Assembly (NCBI GenBank): GCA_964621445.1
Contig: CAZUNO010000015.1
Location: forward strand, 9,636 to 73,635
From: Candidatus Hadarchaeota archaeon
Lineage (GTDB): Archaea > CAYQAE01 > CAYVLA01
Length of the DNA stretch: 64,000 nucleotides
Reading direction: 5' to 3'
Shown here: piece after piece, positions 51,201-62,296 of the stretch
Layout: every line of letters begins with the position of its first letter
How positions within the stretch are numbered: the first letter of the stretch is position 1
Made by a program: the position numbers and the translations under genes
The notes under the pieces: model-generated
Seen by the model: only the letters and a program-made list of their open reading frames with translations
What the model was told of the DNA's origin: nothing
The model's database searches: none

Positions 51201-52407
51201 ACAACCATATCTAACTAATGTATATGTATAATAAGTTTTACCACGTCACTATTCACGACCCGCATTAGACAGCCACTTGTCACGCCCCGAATTTATAGAC
51301 AGAACCGAAGCTATTAGTCAGCCAAGCCACCAAGGCCGAAGCAAATGAGGTGACGTCATTCTTCTACATAAGGCGACAATGCTTGCACCTCGTCCGCTGA
51401 CAAATCACGTTGTTGGATATGCCTGAATAGAAGGTTTAGCTTGGGACCAATCTGGCCAAAGGTGTCGATATCACTGTGGTTGCTTGGATCTAGCGGTTGC
51501 CTCCCCCCTGCTTGGCGGGGGCACCGGAGCTTCACATCTCGGAATCTTGGAGTACCCTGCAACTATGGGCGCGTAGGACATGTAGGGTGGGGCTACCTTC
51601 CTTCGAAGTTCATTGCACGGCTTTTGAATGGGTCGGGGGGCAAAACCTCTTTTCTCCGCCGCCCTTAAACGATCTTGATTACTAACTCAGTCAGCCGTTC
51701 GATTAGAGATCCATAGTACAGTACCGGGAAGACCATCACAGCCAAGAGAGATATCAACAGGGATAGGCTTCTCTGACAAGTCTATCAACCCAGATAGAAT
51801 GAGCAGAGATAGAGCGTAAGCCGGAACCAAGTATATGAAGCGAGGTTCGCCGGGTTCACCGGGATAAAGGAAGATTGAGGCTCCCACTCTATCGGTGTAG
51901 CTATGTCTAGGACTTAACTCTTGTTCCAATACATTTGTCGGAGATGAAAGGTTGGCGGGTTCTATTTCGATGGTAAGACAGCGCTTCTGTAATCTGGGTG
52001 ACTTCAGTCATCGGTCATTCTGAACGAACATAAAAGAGACCACAGGTATGAGGCGTCAAGTTAATCGTATTATGTTGGCAATGAGTTTAGGCGGATAAGT
52101 CCCCCAGATTGTAGTGCAAGTTGGTTCCATGTGAATTGGAGAAGTCTATACGATGACCGACACAATCTAGGTAAAGGAACATCATTCAGTTATGATCAAT
52201 ATCAAAACCTTGACAAATATGATGATCTCCGCAGTCTACAGCTTTTCTCAGCCCGATATATAGCCGAGACCCAGCGACCCGGGGGACCCCCTATCCCAGA
52301 TATGCTTCGCAGGGCCAAGGACCTGATGCTAGGCAATTATGACTATATCACCCTGCATTTGCATTAGCTTATGCTTACTTCAAGTATAGAGAGAAGAAAC
52401 CAAAAAA

Positions 52408-52734
52408 TTACTCTGTTTCTCTGTCTTCTGGTGCCTCCAGTTTCTGTTCGATGTGTTTTACAGTTTCCTTATCTATGAGAACCTTTACATGTTCTCCATC
52501 ATATAGGTACAGAGGTTTCTTTGTTTCAGCTGCTAACTGGACGATTTCCCTGGGTACTCTCGACACCGGAACGGACAGCATCAACAAACCTTTTTCATAG
52601 ACGCCTACTGTGATTTGATCAAGGTGCCTCACCTCAAGTCTATCTCCCAAACGGTAAGACAACTTGTTCTCTATGTGGGTCAATATTTCGCTATCACTCT
52701 CGGTCACAGAACCATCTCCATCGAAAAGTTCCAT
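52408..52734 (-). CDS. Hypothetical protein
   Basis: 108-aa ORF with plausible composition. Confidence 0.55.
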   Translation of the reverse strand: MELFDGDGSVTESDSEILTHIENKLSYRLGDRLEVRHLDQITVGVYEKGLLMLSVPVSRVPREIVQLAAETKKPLYLYDGEHVKVLIDKETVKHIEQKLEAPEDRETE

Positions 52735-52860
52735 CTGGCTGTCATATAGGTCTTGGGCCTTACCTGAACCTGTTCATGGTGGTTCCTAACGGTAGCTTCA
52801 AGACCAGTATCAGGATGGCTATCCCCACCGCTATGGCGACAACCCTCCAAACCAACAATC

Positions 52861-53508
52861 CTAGCCATCCCCCTCGGGAAACTCCTCAGATTCCTCCTCT
52901 GGAGCGGCCTTCTCGGCCAAGCTGTCAAGATCCAGATCGTCCGGCATCTGTATGTCAGGGGGCATTATCTTGACCCTTATACCCATCATGCCCTGCTTGA
53001 GGTCGGCGACGGCTAGTCCTTCCAGAACCTGGTTCGAGGGGTTACCGCATTTCTTTATCGAGCCGTCCACAAACCTCGCCGTTCTTGCATAACTACCACG
53101 AATCTTACCGGAGACGGTGATTTCACAGCCCTGGGCGCCGGCGTCCATTATCCTGTTCAGGGTGCCGTAGGCGGATCTTCTGAACCGTCTCCCTGCCTTT
53201 AGCATTGCCGCCAGGCGATTCCCCATCACTTGTGGGCTGAGCTCCGGAACCGGTACCTCCTCCACCTCTATCTGGAGATTATCAAACCCGTATCTCTCCT
53301 GGAGGACCTTGGTCAAGCTCTTTATGTTCCTTCCTCTACGCCCGATCACCAGACCTGGACGCTCTGCATAAAGAACCATCCTAGTCCTCAGAGCGGTTCT
53401 CTTTATGTCCACGCCACTGAACTTGGCCCTCTGCAGCTTTCGCTCCAGAAACTCTGTAATATCTGCCTTTCTTATGCCTCGCTCAACAAATAGTCTTTCT
53501 CTAGCCAA
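52861..53508 (-). CDS. rps3: 30S ribosomal protein S3 (uS3)
   Basis: RPGLVIGRRG KH motif, P.L, AGAQGCEI.VSGK, G..G..VKIMPP; TTG start after GGTGA. Confidence 0.96.
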   Translation of the reverse strand: MARERLFVERGIRKADITEFLERKLQRAKFSGVDIKRTALRTRMVLYAERPGLVIGRRGRNIKSLTKVLQERYGFDNLQIEVEEVPVPELSPQVMGNRLAAMLKAGRRFRRSAYGTLNRIMDAGAQGCEITVSGKIRGSYARTARFVDGSIKKCGNPSNQVLEGLAVADLKQGMMGIRVKIMPPDIQMPDDLDLDSLAEKAAPEEESEEFPEGDG

Positions 53509-53751
53509 ATCACTTGTCACCGAGCCAAATCTCAACCTTTTTGGGTGGGCTTGCGGGAGGAGACTACACCTCCTCTTGCCCTATGGTTGAACCCCTTGAC
53601 CGCAAAACATTTTCTTGAGCCAACGCCTCTGGGCCACCCCCCTTGCCCCAGACACGTTTCCCAGTACCAACAACCTGGTGCTGGTGAACCATAGCTATAT
53701 ATAGAGCCCTGATAAATTCATTGTCGTTTACTAGGGGGTTGGCGATTGTAG

Positions 53752-54291
53752 GTGCCGAGAATTGAAGTTCAAAATATGGTAGCATTCGTAGATCTCAACA
53801 CGGAGCTGGATCTAGAACGTCTGGCGTTCGAGCTGCCGCACAGTGAATATGTCCCTGACCGTTTCCCGGCGTTGGTAGTGAAATTCAAGAAGCCGAAAAT
53901 ATCGTTTCTGGTATTCCGGAACGGCAAGATAAATTGTACCGGTGCCGATCAGGTGGATAGCATAGAGCAAGGAGTGGCCAAGCTGGCGGAGCAGCTACGG
54001 GACCTCGATATCGAAATCCAGAAGGACCCCAAAATCAAGGTTGTCAACGTTGTAGCTACCGTGGACTTGGGGCTGACCATGAACCTTGACGAGATCGCTT
54101 TGAACATCGAGAATGTGGAGTATGAGCCAGAGCAATTTCCGGGCCTGGTGTACAGGCCCTACCAGTCGAAGGCATCGGTCTTGGTTTTTACCACCGGAAA
54201 GTTGGTGATCGCCGGTCTAAAAGATAGGGACCAGGTTAGAGGAGTGGTGGATAGACTGATGGAAAGGCTAACCAAAGCAGGTTTAGCGTGA
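53752..54291 (+). CDS. tbp: TATA-box binding protein
   Basis: NMVA...Y.P..FP...F.NGK..CTGA, repeated as NVVA...YEPEQFPGL...F.TGK.VI.G. Confidence 0.97.
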   Translation: MPRIEVQNMVAFVDLNTELDLERLAFELPHSEYVPDRFPALVVKFKKPKISFLVFRNGKINCTGADQVDSIEQGVAKLAEQLRDLDIEIQKDPKIKVVNVVATVDLGLTMNLDEIALNIENVEYEPEQFPGLVYRPYQSKASVLVFTTGKLVIAGLKDRDQVRGVVDRLMERLTKAGLA

Positions 54292-54625
54292 TAGGTTACA
54301 AATACCTCGAAGTTGAGATCCTTTATGCTCGGATGTAGAGGGCACCGCCAAAACAATGGAGCCTCCCTTGCTAGGTTTAGGGCCTGTGAATCCCGAAAAA
54401 CAGGGGGGTCGACCGGTTCATGGTAGACATGTTGCAGAGTTGCAGGCGGGAGGTATACCTCCACCGATAGGTCCAATAGATTGGGCATAACCGGCTACAA
54501 CGGGGCAGCAAAGACATGGACCGGGTTTAGTTTGCCGCCGGAGGGTAGAGGAAGCCTGCAGCCAAGGGTCCTGTATAAGGCCTTGTGCTTGGAGATGCCT
54601 GGAACCGTGTATCACCGATTTAAGA

Positions 54626-55069
54626 CTATTGTTGCTGTGTACCGTAGTTGGCGGTCAGCGAGGCTTGCTGGATTATGTGCCCCTTCATGGCCTCCTCTAA
54701 CCGGCGCCGGGGTGCTCCCTGCCCTAGATCTAGCTCGCTGTCCAGGGCGTAGAGCTGGAACCGGTAGGTGTGGACACCGCTAGGGGGGCAGGGCCCTCGG
54801 TATCCTTGTTCCCCGAAATCGTTTCTGCCCTCCACCCCCGGTGGTTCTTTCCCTGCCTCTGTCCCGGTTGTGTTGGGTGGGATGTTCCACACCGACCAGT
54901 GGTGGAGAGGCCCGGCCGGAGCGTCCACATCGTCCACAACCAGCACCAGGGCGGCTGCTTGTCTGGGGATGTCTATGAATCGGAGGGGGGGTGGGATGTC
55001 TTCACCGTCACCGGTATACCTGGAGGGGATGTCACCCCCCGGTTCAAAAGCAGAGCTGTCAACATCCAT
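54626..55069 (-). CDS. YbhB/YbcL (PEBP, Raf kinase inhibitor-like) protein
   Basis: SSAF..G..IP, D.DAP...HW, NDFG..GY.GPCPP.G.H.Y.F..YALD. Confidence 0.93.
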   Translation of the reverse strand: MDVDSSAFEPGGDIPSRYTGDGEDIPPPLRFIDIPRQAAALVLVVDDVDAPAGPLHHWSVWNIPPNTTGTEAGKEPPGVEGRNDFGEQGYRGPCPPSGVHTYRFQLYALDSELDLGQGAPRRRLEEAMKGHIIQQASLTANYGTQQQ

Positions 55070-55315
55070 AAAGACCTTTACCACCGGGCACAACTTAAAC
55101 CTTGGCCCCTCTGCCTGGGGGCGGAATGAGCCCTAGGCTAACAAGTAACCGGGTACGGCCCTGGATCAAGGCCTAGCTAGCGACCATGCCCAGGTAACTG
55201 TTAAACAGGGGACAAGAACTAGCAGCGGCTAACAATCGCCAGAGATAACTAGCCCCCCAGGGCCGGGTTGAGAGGACCTGGAAAGGATCCATCGCCAAAC
55301 CGCAGGCATCGGGCA

Positions 55316-55363
55316 ACCGTTGACCCTACCGTTGCAACAATCGTTGAGTTCACCGTTGAAAAG
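55316..55363. repeat. Four A(C/T)CGTTG motifs at exact 12-bp period
   Basis: ACCGTTG 55316, ACCGTTG 55328, ATCGTTG 55340, ACCGTTG 55352. Confidence 0.6.
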
Positions 55364-55624
55364 ACAGCCCACTGGGCCGTTATGTATGCCTTTAACCGGC
55401 CTATAGACATGTCCCCACCCCCTTGTCAGTTAAAGCCATACCCACACCGCGCCAGGCGGGTCCTGAGCTTGCCTTCTTCGTCCATTTGGGCGCCCCCACC
55501 CAGCTATGATTCGGGGGGTTTGCCAAAAAATCTCACCTGGAATGATAAACCAATTCTAGCTCCATGTCGACGGTCGTTTTCGGGTTTTCGGCAAGTTAAT
55601 AAGTGGATGCTACAAGCCAGTGGC

Positions 55625-56461
55625 ATGCCGGGCGCAGCAGAGGTAATTCTTGGGGACCTCAAGAAGCTGCGGAGGATACCGACGGGGACCCCAAGGTTCC
55701 TTGAAACACAGAAGGAGATCATGGAGCAGGTGAAGAACCTGGACTCCGAACAGAGAAAGGGTTTGAGAGGCAAGGTAGAGCGAATGAGGCGAGATATCCG
55801 TATCTATCGTTCCTCATACTACACCCCGGATTACTTCAGGGTGTTAACCGTTCTCGACCAAAAACTCAGCCAAAGGGGCTACCAAACCATCAACAGGGAG
55901 ATCGAGGAGAACCTGGAACAGATCGAGAACAGCTTTGAGAACAATCATTTCCCGAGATATCCTTCTTCCTACATCAAGAAACTGAGATTGCTGGTAATGG
56001 AGGCCGGTAGAGAGGACGACATCAGCCGGAAAAAAGTTAGAGGCCTTAGTGATAGCGTTGAGGAGATAGCGGATAGAGTGAAGCGATATGAATACCAGAA
56101 TGTGGCCATAGAGCTCTCCACATCTCGGATAACGGTAAGCAGCCTTTTCACCGTCGGCACCAACAGAAATGAATGGAGCATCGAACTGATCTCCCCCAAA
56201 CTCGAATACGGAGGGAGGACCTTCCAAAAGAGAAGGGTGTTAGCTTACATGGCCCAGGAAGGTAGGCCTCTTTCTCGCCCAGAGATCGAGGAAGGTGTGG
56301 GCAAGAAGATACCTTACTTTGGCTGCATAGTCCAGGCCGTGGTCAGGCAGCACCTCATGATCCCCATACCCGGAGAGAACAAATATGAGCTCACCGGAAC
56401 GGGAGACAGAGTGGGAGAGGTGTACATAGAACTCATCGATGAAGGACATGATCAACAGTGA
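55625..56461 (+). CDS. Hypothetical protein, helical N-terminus and C-terminal winged helix
   Basis: TTAATAA ~25 nt upstream of ATG 55625; PLSRPEI...KYELTGTG wHTH pattern. Confidence 0.7.
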   Translation: MPGAAEVILGDLKKLRRIPTGTPRFLETQKEIMEQVKNLDSEQRKGLRGKVERMRRDIRIYRSSYYTPDYFRVLTVLDQKLSQRGYQTINREIEENLEQIENSFENNHFPRYPSSYIKKLRLLVMEAGREDDISRKKVRGLSDSVEEIADRVKRYEYQNVAIELSTSRITVSSLFTVGTNRNEWSIELISPKLEYGGRTFQKRRVLAYMAQEGRPLSRPEIEEGVGKKIPYFGCIVQAVVRQHLMIPIPGENKYELTGTGDRVGEVYIELIDEGHDQQ

Positions 56462-56819
56462 GCAGAGATATTGTCAACCATCCATACGGTGCCGGAACGC
56501 CTCGCTCAGCATCGCGATCGCATAGATCAAGATGTTGTTCCCGGCGCTATATCCATGCTGGTAGTTGGCCCCCCTCACCACGTTCTTGGTCCCTTCCACA
56601 GTTGGTGGTGGGGGCTGTCCGGTAGCACAACAAGGGTCCTGTCAACCTTACTCCGCGAAGGCCCACCCAACAAGGAGTCGATCTTCACCCACACTGGCTC
56701 ACAGAAACCGATCTCCATATACTTAACCGAGCGGCGCTCATCCTCGATCTCATCATCCGGGAGGAAACCCTTCACCGTCTAGCGCCGTGAGCAGCGCGAT
56801 CTAAGCCAAGAATAACAGG

Positions 56820-57293
56820 TCAGTTGGAGAAATATCCTTTGGGGTGGAAGTGATAGAGATCGAAGTCTAAGTTTTCGGCTTGCTCCATGAGCATTCTCTT
56901 GGCCTCCTGCCCTTCGCTGGATCTTCCTTTGAAAGGGTTCTTATTGGAAAACACGGCCAGGTACTTACCGGTTGACGGACATATCTTCTCCCTAAATTTC
57001 CATAATTCTCGGTGAAAATAATGATAAGAGACATTGTTCTTGTTCTTGATGAACTTTATCTCTAGCGCATATTCCAGGCTACGCGGTTCGAAACGTTTGG
57101 TGCCGTTCTCTATCTCGCCTCTAACTCCTTCCTTGAATATCCCGATGTCTATTAGAAAGTTTTCTCCCTTCTCACCTAGGTTGACCTCGGTATGGACGGA
57201 GCTTCTCAAGGAAGAGTTAACGATTTTATCGATGAATTCTTCCTTATACTTGGTGACATTCCTTTTTTCAAGCTCGGCTTCCGGTCGACTTGG
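56820..57293 (-). pseudogene. PD-(D/E)XK nuclease-like protein, 5'-truncated
   Basis: VHTEV...IDIGIF...ALEIKFIK; frame open upstream to stops at ~57295 with no clear start. Confidence 0.55.
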
Positions 57294-57468
57294 TTACTAA
57301 AGCGGCTATTAACGTCATGTTGCCTCCGCCAGTGGACAACTGCTCTTCCGTTCCTCTAGATCATTCTGTGCATTAACCATCAGGCCGCTGGGCATGGTGA
57401 ACACCATGCGGCTGTGGGGGAACTTCTAGGAGTTCTTTGCTGGATTTGCCCGTGCAAAGCCCTATCAA

Positions 57469-58701
57469 TCATTGACCGAACCGGGTGACCTCCACCTCTC
57501 GATATAGCCTCCTGCGGACCATGACCGTGTAAAGCACGAACCCGATAATGGTCATGGTCCCGGTTACCGCGCACCACTCCACAACATAGATCCACATGAG
57601 TGCCCGGTCCTTGACCTTGACCGCCCTATCATGCATCTCTTTGATGCTGCGAATTGCCTTATCCATTGCCGAGGAAGCTCTGGAAAGATCCATATCGATG
57701 TAGTATCTCTCTGCTTTGGACTCCTCCTGGTCAATTTCTTTCAGCCCGTTGAGTAGAGGAGCGGTATTGGCGTTGAACCTTTCAGCAAATTCGATAAGTG
57801 ATAGTACGAACTTCCTCTGCAGGCGAAAAGAGGAAATCTTTTCCCTCACCGCCTTGTCAAGAGCCATGTCCTCTATGCGTAAGCCGGCCGGAAAGTAGAC
57901 CAGGGAGGCAAAGACCTGACCTGCATACTCCCAGACCCCGCCCAGGGAGAAGGCCCAGTCCGTCCTTCCGCCCTAGTCATGGACAAATGCCACCGAACAT
58001 CCCTCACCCACCTCCATCTCCGCTATGACCGGACGGCCCGGAGGGTTTCTATCGGTGCTGGCCACCGCGGTGGCGCCCTGTTTGTCGTAGACCCTGTTAT
58101 GAGCCGCCAGCCATGCTTCCTTCCAGGGGATATTCTCGGTGAGAGGATGGTCCGGAATTTCGATACTCAACTTGAAAGGACCGGTCGGTCCCCAATCTTT
58201 CTTGTCCAGTGCACAGGAAACTGGGAGAACATCACCAATCGCGGTCTCACCCCAACTCAAATCCTGGCCCCAAGGCCCGGACACGCCACCGAAAGAGGAG
58301 GGATCATCCGCCATCAGGAACCCCAATCCTTGATCAATGACCGCATTCCTTGACCAGCGAAGGAACCTACCATCTATGTGGTGCTGCTGGGCTGCGGTTA
58401 TGCATATGACATCGAAGTTATCCCTCACCCTTTTCTCGGTACGTGGCAGGTAAAGGCGGTAATACCTTTTTGATTTCCTGGTCCCTATGATGGCCACCTC
58501 GCTGGGGACCGGGTAAATGTCTATTCTCGGGTCATCGAAGAAGAAGGTGGCTGCAAAACCTCCTTGGTTGAAGGCGTCCCCGATATGGAGAAGCCGAATC
58601 CTACCCGTCTCGGGATCCACCCTCCCCTGGCAGGGGGTGACCAGACCCAGAACCAAGATAAGAACTAATCCCACCCAGTTTCTTTTTCTTGCCGCATTCA
58701 A
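57469..58701 (-). pseudogene. Surface protein family paralog 6, single in-frame TAG at 57973-57975
   Basis: ORFs 57973..58701 and 57469..57867 are in one frame: ...AFVHD*GGRTDWAFSLGG...; family motifs YLPRT, FAERFNANT, ALMWIYVVEW...MVRRRLY. Confidence 0.85.
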
Positions 58702-60044
58702 TCCTCTATCGCCCCTTGCAACATATGCGTCGATCTCACCGTATGATACAACCTCCGCCTAACCATTACCGACCACAGAAAAACCCCAGCGATCATGGAG
58801 GTTCCGCTGACCACCAGCCACTCGATTATGTAGACCCAGAGCAGGGCCCGGTTTTTGAGCTCAACGGCGTTCTCCTCGACCCGATCCAGTCCTTGATGAA
58901 CTCGCTCATATATCTCCAGGGCCTCCTCGAACTTCAAATCAAGGTAAACCGGCAGGGCGCTCTGAGCCAGGTCCTCCACCTCATCCAGTTGCTCCACCAG
59001 GTCCAGGGTATTTGCCCCGAAAGAATCGCAGAACTCGATCAAACTCAAAACCAAAGATTTCCGATTCATGACGTCGAACATGCTCTGCCTTAATCGATGT
59101 GCCAGCTCAACGTCCTGGGGCACGGGACGTTTATCCATATAGATCATCAGGTTCGCCCCGAAGTCGAGAGCGTATTCCCAGGGATCGGTGCGAGTACACA
59201 TGCTGTGGGACTGCCCAGGCTCCGAACTGGGTCCGATTATCTCTCCGGTGACGGCAAAAGTCCGCGCCCCACTTTCAACTTCGTCGGTCACCATCGCCGG
59301 GTGACGAGAGAAGGAAGGGCTCTCTATATGGGCCAACATCTGGGCTCCCGGTTTGATCTTGACCAAGTTGTGGTGGAAATTTGTCATGAACGGCTGCCTA
59401 CGATCCCAGGGGAGGCTCCCCATGAACTGGTGATCGGGCTTATCTATCTTCATGAAGAGGCGGTACTTGGGCTTCATTATGTAGGTATTTTCCACGCACT
59501 CCACAGGAAGTAGTTTACCGACCGAGTTCCCTCCCCAGGAAGGCCTGCCGAATGCACCTCCAAAGCTTTCCCACCCCCCGAACATGGTTAGCCCCGTTCC
59601 CCCTTCTTCCGTTCCCCGGGCAATCATCTCTATGTAGCGGTCACCCAGCGCCAACGTGTTGGCATTTGCCAACACCACGACATCGAAACTGGAAGTCAGG
59701 TCACGGTAGGTCCTGGGCATGTAAAGACGGATGAAACGGTAGACATCGGTCTCTTTGCCGGCCCTCATTGCCGGAGCCGAGGCGAATCCAGCCCAGTCCC
59801 TCAGAGTGGCCTGTACGAAGCTCATTCTGAACAAAGGATCGGATCTCATCCACCAGAAGGGGGCTGAACGCGCCAGACACCCAACGTACAACACGCCGAC
59901 CCTGCCCTCCGTTTCTGCTGCGGGAGTTGTGGGAAGGGCGATGAAGACCATGGCCATTACCAGCAATGACCTGACAAGCAAGGTCTCACAGGACAACCCG
60001 GATGCCGAAACTCGCCTGCCACCTAATCCGACCCATCCTTGCAT
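58698..60044 (-). CDS. Surface protein family paralog 7
   Basis: YMPRTY.DL..FD, M.GGWESFGG GATase-like motif, FCDSFGANT, ALLWVYIIEW...MVRRRLY; start uncertain. Confidence 0.9.
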   Translation of the reverse strand: MQGWVGLGGRRVSASGLSCETLLVRSLLVMAMVFIALPTTPAAETEGRVGVLYVGCLARSAPFWWMRSDPLFRMSFVQATLRDWAGFASAPAMRAGKETDVYRFIRLYMPRTYRDLTSSFDVVVLANANTLALGDRYIEMIARGTEEGGTGLTMFGGWESFGGAFGRPSWGGNSVGKLLPVECVENTYIMKPKYRLFMKIDKPDHQFMGSLPWDRRQPFMTNFHHNLVKIKPGAQMLAHIESPSFSRHPAMVTDEVESGARTFAVTGEIIGPSSEPGQSHSMCTRTDPWEYALDFGANLMIYMDKRPVPQDVELAHRLRQSMFDVMNRKSLVLSLIEFCDSFGANTLDLVEQLDEVEDLAQSALPVYLDLKFEEALEIYERVHQGLDRVEENAVELKNRALLWVYIIEWLVVSGTSMIAGVFLWSVMVRRRLYHTVRSTHMLQGAIED

Positions 60045-61303
60045 GTGAGACCCACCACTCTGATGCCGCTTATCCCTATTAGAGCCCTTATCAGCTAAAA
60101 AAACATCCCCCAAAAAAAGTAAATGCAACCCCTAAAGTCTTAGGAAACCAGCTAATCAGAACCGCCAACCTGTTCATCCCCACTGTAAGAACGCCAAAAA
60201 TCCTCTTCTCCCAAGAGAGGAAACCTCTTTCTGGATCCCGGTGGGCACGCCTCTTCCTCAAGCCGTGTCGGAGATTTGATGTCTAGGTGTCTGTAGCGGC
60301 CACCGGGAGCCGGTTTCAACACTACTACCAGCCTTTCTTCCAGCACAGGGATACTTACCCGTACCTTTCTTGACCTCTATGAACCCGTGGCGGGCTGTTT
60401 TCTACATTTCGCGTTCTCTCGATGCTAACTTATTTTTAAACCTCTTCCGGCTCCAAGAACTCGATGTTGAGAATACTGTATGGACTGTCAGCCGGGCTGC
60501 TGGGGTCCAAGTTCTTGTCCATACCTGCCGGCGGAAAGGCCCACCCCCTGTGCTGGATCGGAAAAGATATTGAGGCTGCTGTGAGCTGGGGCGTGCGGAG
60601 TGCGCAAGGTAGAGCTTTACGGTTCTTGGCAGGGCTTCCCCTGGACACCAAGACCGGTTATATTCACAGTCACCATGTCCAAACCAATCCCCAGCCACGG
60701 CAGTTCCCCAAAAAAAAGGATCTCCATCCAGCACCGATACAGAGAGGAATAAAAAACCTGCCACAAGGCCCTCCCCCCTGCTGACCCCTAGGGGCGTTCC
60801 CCGGTGCCCCTATGGATCATAGCTATAGGCTTCATACCTATCTGGCTACCTACCCCCCTACAACAAATCCCCATGCATCTCCCTATTAGAGGATATAGCC
60901 ACCACCTGTTAGGTAACTATGTCCTTACCTATACAGACCACCTATCACTTCCCCTTTTTGGCCTGCTTCCTTTGGAGGTAAACAGAGGTACCCTCGCTCC
61001 AGGGACCAAGGGGGGAGCCATCGATCGGGGTTGACCGGTCTCAAGCCTTATCAAGGGGCTGATGATTTCCGGGTCTATAGCCGAGGTGCCGAGGCAGCTA
61101 GCTCCTCAATGGTGGCTACCAACAAGGTTCCCCAGGGTCTTGTCGCCCCATATGTGGCCAACAGAAAGGAGTCGACGCGGTCCCTCATGGTGGGAACTCG
61201 CTGTTGCAGGTGTTAAGAGAGCTAAGCCCGAGAGCGGGAAACAGGTTAGGCCATGGCAACACCTTAAAACCTGGGTGTGGACGGTATAGCGTTGGTGAAT
61301 GTT

Positions 61304-61507
61304 GTGGGGGAACTACCTCTACGCCCGGTGAAGAGAATTATAAAAGAAAATGCCCATGCCCAGCGGGTCAGCGCCTCGGCGACACGTGCCCTGGCACAAC
61401 TGTTGGAGGAACATGGAGCCCGGGTCGCGGTCAGGGCTAAAAAGATGGCTCAACACGCGGGAAGAAAGACGGTACGGGGGGAAGACGTGAAGCTGGCAGT
61501 AAAATAG
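61304..61507 (+). CDS. Archaeal histone (HMf/HTk family)
   Basis: ELP..PV.RII, RVS..A..AL...LEE, A.HAGRKTV..EDV.LA; GGTGA RBS before GTG. Confidence 0.96.
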   Translation: MGELPLRPVKRIIKENAHAQRVSASATRALAQLLEEHGARVAVRAKKMAQHAGRKTVRGEDVKLAVK

Positions 61508-61825
61508 ATCGAGGATCTAGTTCCGCCAGCCAAACGTGTGGTAATAGGTCTCCTCCCCATCCTGTGGTCTCTTACTACCGTAATAGGGTCCACCAACCAT
61601 CTAATGCTATACAGGCCAAGGCCGAAAATGAATGACCCTCAAGAAGTACACTAGGGCCCTGCCCAGGCAATACCCGGCAATGATTGACGTGTTCACTGTT
61701 TGCCCCCGCCTGGCAATAGCGTTAAGCCCTGTGTAGGAAGCTGGGAATCGGAGGGGCAAGATTCTTGACCTTTCGGACCCCCGAAACGTCGCAGGCTTTA
61801 AATTGCTGTTTCTTGTTGTTGGTTA

Positions 61826-62296
61826 ATGGAATGAGCTGGCGCCGAGCAGTGGTGGCCGTGGGGATCCCGGCGATGATGATTTAGCCCGGCTAAGGGACCA
61901 GTTACTAAAGGATAGGAAGCCGGTTCGAGAAGCTCAGTTAAAGACTTCTGTGGAGATAGAGACCATATCGGCGCTTTTCAAGGGACGTAAAACAGTGGCT
62001 GAGCTAGTGGACACCGTTTTTGGCCTGGATAGGGATGACCCTTACTTGGCTCCACTAATCCCCCTCAGGCTGACCTCTTCCCGCCTGTAGGTACCGTTCA
62101 GCGGTCCCAGTAAGTCTTGACCTGAACTGGTCTCCAAAATCGAAATCTCCCTCTACCTGGGGCCCTGATGCTAGTGATAGCTCTAGGGCGCTTTGACCCA
62201 GGAGACATAGGGTTCCTTACCGTGAACTCCGGGTTTTTTCTTCTTCTGGGTTCCTCTTCTTTGAGAATCATCCAAACCCTGTTGAGGGTGGCGTAG
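61826..62296 (+). pseudogene. Degraded paralog of the wHTH-TM gene at 44741
   Basis: ALFKGRKTVAELVDTVFGLDRDDPY...FFLLLGSSSLRIIQTLLRVA*; frameshifts and apparent internal deletion. Confidence 0.6.

Noticed and set aside
54292-54625. Possible RNase P or SRP RNA after tbp (GAGGAAGCC)
   Set aside because: Conserved P4 partner strand and SRP helix 8 motif not found
60130-60780. Fragments of a possible degraded minus-strand gene
   Set aside because: Too many lesions to reconstruct or assign
61058-61110. Possible C/D box sRNA (TGATGA...CCGA...CTCA)
   Set aside because: D/D' boxes are non-canonical and there is no clear C' box
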